A DNA stretch of 32,000 nt from an uncultured Opitutales bacterium (GTDB taxonomy: Bacteria; Verrucomicrobiota; Verrucomicrobiia; Opitutales; Intestinicryptomonadaceae): the NCBI GenBank assembly GCA_934660865.1, contig CAKUIA010000004.1, forward strand, positions 84,237 to 116,236, read 5' to 3'. Positions 16,230 to 23,522 of the stretch are shown piece by piece (position 1 is the stretch's first letter; every line of letters begins with the position of its first letter). The notes beneath the pieces are model-generated. The model did no database searches, was not told the DNA's origin, and saw only the letters and a list, made by a program, of their open reading frames with translations. The position numbers and the translations under genes are program-made.

Positions 16230-16297
16230 TTTGCTTGTGCTTTGCAGATATTAAATGCTATTTTTAAATCACTAACACCGCATTTTTTTGACGGATT

Positions 16298-17374
16298 ATG
16301 AATTATAAAGAAGTACTAATTTCGATAGGCGAATTTGCCGTAATCGGCTTTTCCGTTCTTTTGGGGCTAACCCTTATGCTGAGAAACGACGAAGCTTATA
16401 ACGAAGCGTATATGGATTCGAAATTCTGCTCGTTGTCCATCTCGAAAAACTGCTACAAGAGGGTTATGCGCATTTTCGGGCTGGCCTTGTTTTTGTTCGG
16501 CTTGGCTTTCGCCTACTTTATGTTCTTTTACACGCCCGACGACGAACTTGAACCTGTAAAGGAGTTTTGGAAAGACGTTGAAAACGGCAGGGACGCCGAC
16601 AGCCTTATATTGGGCTTTGCCATGTTTGCGATTGCAATTCCGGCGAGAATGTCGTCTACGAGGTTCCCCGGCAAACCCCTTGCAATGCTAAAGGGCAAAA
16701 CCGTAATACAAAGGGTATACGAAAAATGCCTGCAAAGCAAATATGCCGCCGACAACGCCTACATTCTTACCGACAGCCCGCAGATTTGCGAATTTGCCGA
16801 AAAAATAGGGGCAAAATATGTTTTAACTTCGCCCGAATGTAAAAACGGCACCGAAAGAATTGTCGAGGCTCTCCCCAAAATAGACGCCGAATTTTTTGTG
16901 AATGTTCAGGGCGACGAACCATTTATTCCCGTTTCGCTTATAGACGCGATTATCGAAAAGCGAATGCAGTCGAATTGCGAATTGGCAACCGCCGTTGTGC
17001 GCATAGACGACCCGCGCGATTTGGACAACCCCAATGTGGTAAAGGCCCTGCGCAACAAAGACGGCAAAATCCTGTATTTTAGCCGCTCGCCCCTGCCCTA
17101 TGTAAGGGGTATTGCAGACAAGTCAAAATGGCTGGAAAAATGCGCCTATTACAGGCATATCGGCATATACGGCTACTCGAGAAAATCGCTTTTAAACTAC
17201 AATTCGCTGCCAAGCAGCACGCTTGAAAACTGCGAAATACTGGAACAATTAAGGTTTGTAGATTCCGGCTACGAGTTTATGGCGGTGGAAAGCGCCTATA
17301 AAAGCATTGGCATAGACACCCCGCAAGACCTTGCAGAAGCCGAAAAATTTTTAGAAAGCACCCAACAATGTTAG
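16298..17374 (+). CDS. kdsB: 3-deoxy-manno-octulosonate cytidylyltransferase (CMP-Kdo synthetase) with an N-terminal extension of about 108 aa carrying two predicted TM helices
   Basis: The KdsB core starts at MFAIAIPARMSSTRFPGKPLAMLKGKTVIQRVYE... and includes ...NVQGDEPFIPVSLID...YRHIGIYGY...LEQLR. The in-frame upstream region (16298-16621) has no stop and encodes VLISIGEFAVIGFSVLLGLTLML and VMRIFGLALFLFGLAFAYFMFFY. An alternative start is the ATG at 16622. Confidence 0.85.
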   Translation: MNYKEVLISIGEFAVIGFSVLLGLTLMLRNDEAYNEAYMDSKFCSLSISKNCYKRVMRIFGLALFLFGLAFAYFMFFYTPDDELEPVKEFWKDVENGRDADSLILGFAMFAIAIPARMSSTRFPGKPLAMLKGKTVIQRVYEKCLQSKYAADNAYILTDSPQICEFAEKIGAKYVLTSPECKNGTERIVEALPKIDAEFFVNVQGDEPFIPVSLIDAIIEKRMQSNCELATAVVRIDDPRDLDNPNVVKALRNKDGKILYFSRSPLPYVRGIADKSKWLEKCAYYRHIGIYGYSRKSLLNYNSLPSSTLENCEILEQLRFVDSGYEFMAVESAYKSIGIDTPQDLAEAEKFLESTQQC

Positions 17375-18348
17375 AAGAAGCATTTATAAAGTCCGCAAAA
17401 ACCGCCCTCGAAAAAGAGGCAAAGGCCGTCTTAAAGCTTTCCGACCGCATAGGAGATTCGTTTGCAAAAGCCGTAAACACCATTTTGGCGCACAAGGGCA
17501 AACTGGTAATTTGCGGCGTGGGCAAATCGGGGCTTATAGGACAGAAAATAGCGGCTACAATGTCGAGCACCGGAACAAGCGCGCTGTTTTTGCACGCATG
17601 CGACGCCGTTCACGGCGACATGGGCATTTACGAGGCGGGCGACCCTACAATCTTAATTTCAAACAGCGGCTCTACCGAAGAATGTCTTAGGCTTATGCCG
17701 CTTTTAAAGCAGTTTAACTCGCCCATAATAGCCATTGTTGGCCGCATGGATTCGCCCATGGCAAAGCAGGCCGACATTGTGCTAGACGCCTCGTGCGACG
17801 GCGAAGCCGACCCTTTGGGCATTGTGCCGACTTCCTCTACAACGGTTGCCCTTGCCTGGGGCGACGCTTTGGCATGTGCGCTTATTACGGCGCGCAACTT
17901 TACAAAAATAGACTTTGCAAAATTCCACCCCGCAGGCCAGCTTGGCAGAACCCTTTTATTGAAGGTAAAAGACGTAATGCACCCCGTAAAAGAGTGCGCA
18001 GTAGCCAAGGCAAACGATTTACTTAAGGAAACCGTAGTTAAAATGACCGAAAACCCCTTGGGCGCCGCCTGCATTGTAGACGAAAACGGCGGCTTGGCCG
18101 GCCTTATAACCGACGGCGACATAAGGCGCGCCTTTAAGTGCGACTGCGATTTTAACAAAATACAGTGCGCCGACATTATGACAAAAAAACCCGTATCTAT
18201 TTTGCCCGAAGCCTCTTTGGGTCAGGCCGTTGCCCTTATGGAGGAACGCCCGTCCAACAAAAGGCTTTCGGTTTTGCCCGTGGTAGACAACTCGGGAAAT
18301 TTTGCCGGCATTATAAGGTTGCACGACATCTATCAGCCTAAAAGGTAA
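17368..18348 (+). CDS. kdsD: Arabinose-5-phosphate isomerase (KdsD/KpsF; SIS domain plus tandem CBS domains)
   Basis: It contains ...GKLVICGVGKSGLIGQKIAATMSSTGTSALFLHACDAVHGDMG... (SIS domain) and two C-terminal CBS repeats. The start overlaps the kdsB stop (ATGTTAG). Confidence 0.9.
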   Translation: MLEEAFIKSAKTALEKEAKAVLKLSDRIGDSFAKAVNTILAHKGKLVICGVGKSGLIGQKIAATMSSTGTSALFLHACDAVHGDMGIYEAGDPTILISNSGSTEECLRLMPLLKQFNSPIIAIVGRMDSPMAKQADIVLDASCDGEADPLGIVPTSSTTVALAWGDALACALITARNFTKIDFAKFHPAGQLGRTLLLKVKDVMHPVKECAVAKANDLLKETVVKMTENPLGAACIVDENGGLAGLITDGDIRRAFKCDCDFNKIQCADIMTKKPVSILPEASLGQAVALMEERPSNKRLSVLPVVDNSGNFAGIIRLHDIYQPKR

Positions 18349-18351
18349 AAT

Positions 18352-18897
18352 ATGTTTGCAGACAGCGTAAAATTTATATGCAAGTTTTTGGCAAACCCCA
18401 AAACTACGGGTGCTTTGTGCCCAAGCTCGCGTTTTTTGGCAAGGCAAATGGCGGCAAATTGCACCGAAAAAGGCCTTATTATAGAGCTCGGCGCAGGCTC
18501 GGGCTCGGTTACGGCCGAAATACTTAAAAAAGCCGATGTTTCCAGAGTGCGCTCGGTAGAGCTGGACAAAAACCTGTGCGAAATTTTAAGACATAAATTT
18601 CCCGATTTGGCGGTTGTAAACGATTCGGCCGAAAACATTGCAAACATTGCAAACGGCGAAAAGATAGGCGCTGTAATTTCAAGCCTGCCGCTGCTTAACA
18701 TACCAGAACCCATTGTAAGGAACATTTTAAACGCGGTGCAAAACTCGCTGCCAAAGGGGGGTATTTTTGTGCAGTTTACCTACAATTTGCGCAAAAAGCC
18801 CGAACAGCTCGGCTTTACAAAAATGCGCCATTTAAAGACAAAGTTTGTATATTTAAACATTCCCCCCGCCAGAGTAGACGTTTTTGTAAAGGAATAG
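18352..18897 (+). CDS. Class I SAM-dependent methyltransferase, PmtA-like (phospholipid N-methyltransferase family, COG3963-like)
   Basis: FLANPKTTGALCPSSRFLARQM...IIELGAGSGSVTAEIL...VELDKNLCEILRHKFP...AVISSLPLLNIP...GGIFVQFTY follows the Rhodobacter-type PmtA motif order. It starts 3 nt after the kdsD stop. Confidence 0.7.
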   Translation: MFADSVKFICKFLANPKTTGALCPSSRFLARQMAANCTEKGLIIELGAGSGSVTAEILKKADVSRVRSVELDKNLCEILRHKFPDLAVVNDSAENIANIANGEKIGAVISSLPLLNIPEPIVRNILNAVQNSLPKGGIFVQFTYNLRKKPEQLGFTKMRHLKTKFVYLNIPPARVDVFVKE

Positions 18898-18912
18898 AAT
18901 TTTTTATTTTTC

Positions 18913-18952
18913 CACAAAAAAGGCGGCAAAATCGGTTGCCGCCCTTTTATTT
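18913..18952. terminator. Bidirectional intrinsic terminator between convergent genes
   Basis: CACAAAAAA-GGCGGCAA-AATCGG-TTGCCGCC-CTTTTATTT has an 8-bp GC-rich stem flanked by an A-tract and a T-tract. Confidence 0.6.
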
Positions 18953-18966
18953 GCAGATAATGCGCT

Positions 18967-19437
18967 TTACCTTTTCCTTTCCTTGCCCGAAATGCCGTCT
19001 ATTTTAAACCTTAAAACCGCGGCTTTGTCGGACGAGCGCGCAACGTATTCGTAGCCCTTTTCGATAAAACCGGGGCTGTATTTTTCTATAAGCTTTTTTA
19101 ATGCGCAAACCTTTTCGGCTTGGTCGCTTACCGTGCTTACAGTGCAAAAAAGCGTTGCGCTTTTATATTCAAACGAAAATTTTTCGGGTATGGCGGCGGC
19201 CGTTTCCACAAAATTTATGCAAACTTTGTTTGCCTGCGCAATGCTGTCTAGCTTTTTGCCCTCTTTTGCGCTGTGGGCGTAAAAATATTCGCCGCACCTT
19301 ACAAAGTTTAGGGGAACCGCATAGGGATAGCCGTCGTTGCCCATAATCGACAAAACGCCGTATTCGGCGTTTTCGGCAACCTGCATTGCCGCCTCTTCGC
19401 TTAAAGCCCTGTCGCTTCTTCTTAATGTAGTATTCAT
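18967..19437 (-). CDS. Pyridoxamine 5'-phosphate oxidase-family FMN-binding protein (Nim / 5-nitroimidazole reductase-like, COG3467-like)
   Basis: MNTTLRRSDRALSEEAAMQVAENAEYGVLSIMGNDGYPYAVPLNFVRCGEYFYAHSAKEGKKLDSI...VCINFV is the typical N-terminal pattern of this split-barrel family. Confidence 0.75.
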   Translation of the reverse strand: MNTTLRRSDRALSEEAAMQVAENAEYGVLSIMGNDGYPYAVPLNFVRCGEYFYAHSAKEGKKLDSIAQANKVCINFVETAAAIPEKFSFEYKSATLFCTVSTVSDQAEKVCALKKLIEKYSPGFIEKGYEYVARSSDKAAVLRFKIDGISGKERKR

Positions 19438-19553
19438 ATTGCGGCCAATAATTGCGCTTTTGCGCAAAAATTAAAGCTTTTTATTGCAAAAATTACACAA
19501 AAAACTACCGCACTGCAAAACGTAAAAAGGCAAAAAAATTACCCTTTTTTTGC

Positions 19554-19596
19554 ACAAAAAAAGCGCAAAGCAAAATCGTTTACTTTGCGCTTTTTG
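19554..19596 (-). terminator. Intrinsic terminator after the discoidin-domain gene
   Basis: AGCGCAAAG-(12 nt)-CTTTGCGCT gives a 9-bp stem with an A-tract and a T-tract on either side. A second AT-rich hairpin, GCAAAAAAA-TTACCC-TTTTTTTGC, lies at 19530-19553. Confidence 0.55.
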
Positions 19597-19618
19597 CAGC
19601 AAAATTTTTACCTAAAAA

Positions 19619-20257
19619 CTATCTGCCAAACACTTCAACTTCTATGAAGTGGTTTGCGTCGTTCGATGTATTGCCGTTCGAGTAAATGCGAACGTAGCGG
19701 GCCTTAACGGGCTTTTCGGGAACGATAAGCTTGCCTTCGTTGGTCTGAACCCAGGGCCTGTCGCTGCCCTTGCCGAGTTTTGCGGAATTGTCGTTATCGC
19801 AATTAAAGAGCGTTTTTACGTCTTTCTTAAATTCGGCATCGTTTGAAACCTGAACGACAACGTCTTTATACGCCCTTTCCTGGCTGTGGTACAACCACAT
19901 TGCAATGCCGAAAATTTCGGATTCCTTTTCCAAATCTATCTGAACCCACTGAACGCCGTTCATAAGTTCTACAAAGCTGCCTTCGGCCGCCGATTTGTCG
20001 CCGTCGGTTACCAATTCCAAGTCGCCGATTAGGGGGAAGTCGTCGGAGCTTGTAACCTTTTTGCCCTTGGCAATGTTCTTTACATCGTTCGGAACCATCG
20101 GGGTCGGGTTTACAACCTTAGTTTCGAGGTTTTCAAGCTTAATTGGAGCGGGAGTGCCCACCAACTGCGCGGGGGGGATTTCCAGCACCAATTTCTTGTC
20201 GGCAAAAGCCGAGAAAGCCAATGTTAAAGCCAATACGGCCAATAATGATTTTTTCAT
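19619..20257 (-). CDS. Secreted discoidin (F5/8 type C, CBM32-like) domain protein
   Basis: It has a signal peptide (MKKSLLAVLALTLAFSAFA). The rest, ...LVTDGDKSAAEGSFVEL..GVQWVQIDLEKESEIFGIAMWLYH...ARYVRIYSNGNTSNDANHFIEVEVFGR, follows the discoidin-domain pattern. Confidence 0.8.
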   Translation of the reverse strand: MKKSLLAVLALTLAFSAFADKKLVLEIPPAQLVGTPAPIKLENLETKVVNPTPMVPNDVKNIAKGKKVTSSDDFPLIGDLELVTDGDKSAAEGSFVELMNGVQWVQIDLEKESEIFGIAMWLYHSQERAYKDVVVQVSNDAEFKKDVKTLFNCDNDNSAKLGKGSDRPWVQTNEGKLIVPEKPVKARYVRIYSNGNTSNDANHFIEVEVFGR

Positions 20258-20290
20258 ATTTTTATTTTCCTTTAAAAATTTGTTTTTTAC

Positions 20291-21616
20291 TTAGCTTACA
20301 ATAAAGTCGGAATCTTCGAACTTCAAGGTTTTTTGAGCTTCGATAGCCTGTACAACCTTGTAGACAACCGCTTCGCGTTCGAATGCGTGCGCGCCGTCGC
20401 AATTTAGGGCGCACTTGCCGCGAACCGCGTCGAAGAAGTTTTGCAAGTGGTACATGTGCGGAGGCAAGTCGAGGGTTTTGGGCATTTCGTATGCAACCAA
20501 AGCCTTTGTTTCGCGGGCGTCCTTAATTGCAACGGGAGTTGCCGGCGCCGACGAATTTTTCAACACGCCTTCGTCTATATAGTGCTTCCAATCGGGGGCG
20601 TTGTTTTCCTTGAAGATTTTTATAAGGGCGGGATTTTCCGACATCTTTATTGCGCCTTCGTCGCCCATAAACTGTTCGAAGTAGCCGCCGCCTGCGCTTG
20701 TTGCAGTCAACACCTGATAGAACGCCTTTGCCGTGTGCTTTTGGTACGTGTTGTAGTTTATAATGCACATTACGTTGTCGTACCAGGGCTTGTTGTAGTA
20801 GTTGGTATCGCCCGAGGCCAAAACGTCTATGGGCTTGCCGCCGAAGAACCAACCGAAAATGTCGAGCTGGTGCGCGCCCAAGTCGCTGATTGGGCCGCCG
20901 CCCTTGCCTTTGTACCAGCGCCAGTTCATGAACATGTGCTCGTCTTCAAAGCCGTATCTTTTAATAACGTCTAGCGAAACGCCGCCTTTTTTGGGCATTA
21001 CCAAGTCTTTCGAAGCCGCCCTGTTCCATTGGCCGTTTGCGTTTACCAACCTGCCGCAAATGTTCTTTTGGCGGATTAGTATGTCGCGCGCATAGTGGTA
21101 GAGAGGGTTTGAAGTGCGCTGGTGGCCAATCTGCAAAAGCTTGCCGCTTTTGCGCTGGGCTCTAACCATATCGGCAGCCTTTTCCTTGCTTTCGGCCATC
21201 ATCTTTTCGCAGTATACGTTTACGCCTGCTTTCAAAAAGTCGCAAGTTTGCGGGCTGTGCCAAAAGTCGGGGGTGGCGATAACTACGGCGTCCAAATCCT
21301 TTTCCTTTGCGATAAGGTCTTCGTAGTTTTCGTACATTTTGGGCATATCCTTTTGCTTTGTGCGCGACTTTGCGTACGCTGCGCCAAAACGGCAGTGTGC
21401 CGGCCAAATATCGCAAACGGCTCTAAAATGAAGCCCGGGAATTTTTACCATGCTTTCGAGCAAAACTTTGCCTTCGGCGCCTACGCCTACTACGGCAATG
21501 TTAAGCTTGTCGTTTGCCGAAACCTTGTTCTGCGCCGAAGCAAAGCCGGGAGCCATAACAAGCCCCGCGCCCAACGCCATGTTCTTTATAAAGTCTCTTC
21601 TGTTGATTTCGCTCAT
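20291..21616 (-). CDS. Tat-exported Gfo/Idh/MocA family oxidoreductase
   Basis: It has a twin-arginine signal (MSEINRRDFIKNMALGAGLVMAPGFASA) and a Rossmann N-terminus (LNIAVVGVGAEGK...AVCDI...VVIATPDFWH), and its length is typical of the family. Confidence 0.9.
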   Translation of the reverse strand: MSEINRRDFIKNMALGAGLVMAPGFASAQNKVSANDKLNIAVVGVGAEGKVLLESMVKIPGLHFRAVCDIWPAHCRFGAAYAKSRTKQKDMPKMYENYEDLIAKEKDLDAVVIATPDFWHSPQTCDFLKAGVNVYCEKMMAESKEKAADMVRAQRKSGKLLQIGHQRTSNPLYHYARDILIRQKNICGRLVNANGQWNRAASKDLVMPKKGGVSLDVIKRYGFEDEHMFMNWRWYKGKGGGPISDLGAHQLDIFGWFFGGKPIDVLASGDTNYYNKPWYDNVMCIINYNTYQKHTAKAFYQVLTATSAGGGYFEQFMGDEGAIKMSENPALIKIFKENNAPDWKHYIDEGVLKNSSAPATPVAIKDARETKALVAYEMPKTLDLPPHMYHLQNFFDAVRGKCALNCDGAHAFEREAVVYKVVQAIEAQKTLKFEDSDFIVS

Positions 21617-21651
21617 ATCTCTATATGTTTAAAAAGGTTAAACGCAAATTG

Positions 21652-22224
21652 TTAGTTTTTGTTGCACGCGCAGCATTTGCCGCACAATCTTTTGCAGGGC
21701 AGCAATTCAAACTTGTTGTAGTCGGCCAAAAGCAGTGCGCCTACAATCATAATCATGTGCACGCCCAAGTAGGCTACGCCCGCCGAGCTTGCGCTGCCCA
21801 AACCGGGTTCCAAAATAATGAAGCCGAATGTAAGCGACACATAAAGCAAACCCATAACAAACAAAGACAACCTTGTGCAAATGCCCAAAAGCGTTGTAAT
21901 GCCCAACGCGATAAGCGCATAGCCCAAAACCGAGCAGTAGGGCCCAACCATAAACGAGGGCATAAAGGGGCTGTTCGAAAAGCTTTCGGCGCTCATCGGG
22001 CCCGAGGGGGGCAAAGCGTGGTAAAAGCGAAAGCCCAATGCGTTTACGGTTTCGCCCGCGCCGCCGTCGAGCAGCGCCTTAATGTCTTCGGGCGAGAGGC
22101 CTTCGGTGTCTTTAACTACTTTTTCGGTTCCCTGGAATTTTACCAAACCCGTGTAAAGCGCTCTTACGCCGAGCCATATTCTAAGAAGCCAAAAGGCCAT
22201 TGTATATGTTATGTTCGATTTCAT
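21652..22224 (-). CDS. DoxX-like integral membrane protein with a Cys-rich C-terminal tail
   Basis: 190 aa with about 4 TM helices. FWLLRIWLGVRALYTGLVKF and ...LLGICTRLSLFVMGLLYVSLTFG... resemble DoxX/DoxD family helices. There is an extra loop of about 65 aa after TM1. The C-terminus is CKRLCGKCCACNKN. Confidence 0.55.
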   Translation of the reverse strand: MKSNITYTMAFWLLRIWLGVRALYTGLVKFQGTEKVVKDTEGLSPEDIKALLDGGAGETVNALGFRFYHALPPSGPMSAESFSNSPFMPSFMVGPYCSVLGYALIALGITTLLGICTRLSLFVMGLLYVSLTFGFIILEPGLGSASSAGVAYLGVHMIMIVGALLLADYNKFELLPCKRLCGKCCACNKN

Positions 22225-22280
22225 ATTATTTTGTTGTTTCCTCCTGATTTTATAAGAAAGGTTTTATTTGTCGATTTCTA

Positions 22281-23321
22281 CTATTGGTTTTTCTTGTCGA
22301 ATGCCGAGTCGAAGGCAATGTCGCTGGACGGGAAGTCGAACGACTTTACCAACTGGCACGATTCCGTCGCCCCGTGAACCCTGTCCATACGGCCGTCTTC
22401 CCATTCAACCGAAAGCGGGCCCTTGTATTTAATGTCGTTAAGGGCAACTATAATTTCCTCGAACTTTACGTCGCCGTGGCCGATGGAGCGGAAGTCCCAA
22501 TAGCGGCGCGGATCGCAAAAGTCGGTATGGCCGCCGAAAACGCCGGCTTCGCCCGTACCGTGGCCAAACCATACGTCTTTCATGTGGACATGGAAAATCC
22601 TGTCGGCAAATTTGCGTATGAATTTTACATAGTCCACCCCCTGGTAGGCAAAGTGCGAAGGGTCGAAATTAAAACCGAAACGCTTGTGGCATTTAACGGC
22701 CTGCAACGCCCTTTCGGCCGAGGCTATATCGAACGCGATTTCGGTGGGGTGAACTTCCAGCGCAAAGTTTACGCCCTGCTTGTCGAAAGCGTTTAAAATG
22801 GGGATAAAGCGTTTTGCAAAATCGGCATAGCCGTCGGCAATCATCTGCTTTGTAACGGGCGGGAAAGAATACATATACTGCCAAATGGAAGAGCCCGTAA
22901 AGCCCGTAACCGTTGGCGCAATAGGCGATGCCTCCAAAGACTTGGGGCGCATTGCCATAAAGGTTTTGCAAACTTTTGCCGTGCGCACCATTTCGGCCGC
23001 CGCGCGTTTGCGCACGCCCTCGGGGTTGCCGTCGCCCCAAATTCTTTCGGGAATCATAGACTTGTGGCGCAAGTCGATATTGTCGCACACGCACTGGCCC
23101 ACCAGGTGGTTCGACAGCGCAAAGCAGTTCAAACCGTTGTCGGCCAAAATTTCCCAACGGTTTTTAAGGTACTTTTTGTCGTCCATCTTTTCGGGGTCGA
23201 AATGGTTTTGGGTTATGGCAATTTCCAAGCCCTCGTAGCCCATTTCCCTTGCAAGAGGGGCTAAGTCTTCAAGTTTCATATCGGCCCACTGGCCCGTAAA
23301 TATAGTTAACGGTCTAGCCAT
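22281..23321 (-). CDS. Sugar phosphate isomerase/epimerase family protein (xylose isomerase-like TIM barrel)
   Basis: 346 aa with no signal peptide. ...[13 protein letters not shown]...[12 protein letters not shown]...[12 protein letters not shown]...FNFDPSHF...IFHVHMKD... follows the metal-binding His/Glu/Asp pattern of the AP-endonuclease-2 / xylose-isomerase-like fold. Confidence 0.85.
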   Translation of the reverse strand: MARPLTIFTGQWADMKLEDLAPLAREMGYEGLEIAITQNHFDPEKMDDKKYLKNRWEILADNGLNCFALSNHLVGQCVCDNIDLRHKSMIPERIWGDGNPEGVRKRAAAEMVRTAKVCKTFMAMRPKSLEASPIAPTVTGFTGSSIWQYMYSFPPVTKQMIADGYADFAKRFIPILNAFDKQGVNFALEVHPTEIAFDIASAERALQAVKCHKRFGFNFDPSHFAYQGVDYVKFIRKFADRIFHVHMKDVWFGHGTGEAGVFGGHTDFCDPRRYWDFRSIGHGDVKFEEIIVALNDIKYKGPLSVEWEDGRMDRVHGATESCQLVKSFDFPSSDIAFDSAFDKKNQ

Positions 23322-23522
23322 ATCGCGCTGTCCTTCTTTATGTGTTAATTAAAATGCTTTCTGTAAAAGATACGCATTAAAACTAGCAAAAGCACCTTGC
23401 ATTTGTCAAATTCTTTTCAAGAAAATTCGCACACATACCCCGCCGAAGCTTGCTTTAGTTTTTTGTTGATTTATAAAAAAGCATACGACAAAATTGGACA
23501 ATAATTTCAAAAAAGGAAAAAC

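Noticed and set aside
19452-19685. A 77-aa plus-strand ORF (Lys-rich, MRFCAKIKAFYCKNYTKNYRTAKRKKAKK...) in the Nim-discoidin intergenic region.
   Set aside because: It reads through A-tract/T-tract terminator hairpins and into the discoidin gene in antisense. It is a low-complexity artefact of poly-A stretches.
21625-22377. A 250-aa plus-strand ORF, very basic (K, R, Q, A-rich), spanning the DoxX-like gene and the TIM-barrel 3' end.
   Set aside because: It crosses an intergenic gap and two minus-strand genes. It has low complexity and no motifs. The minus-strand membrane protein has coherent TM helices, which favours it as the real gene.
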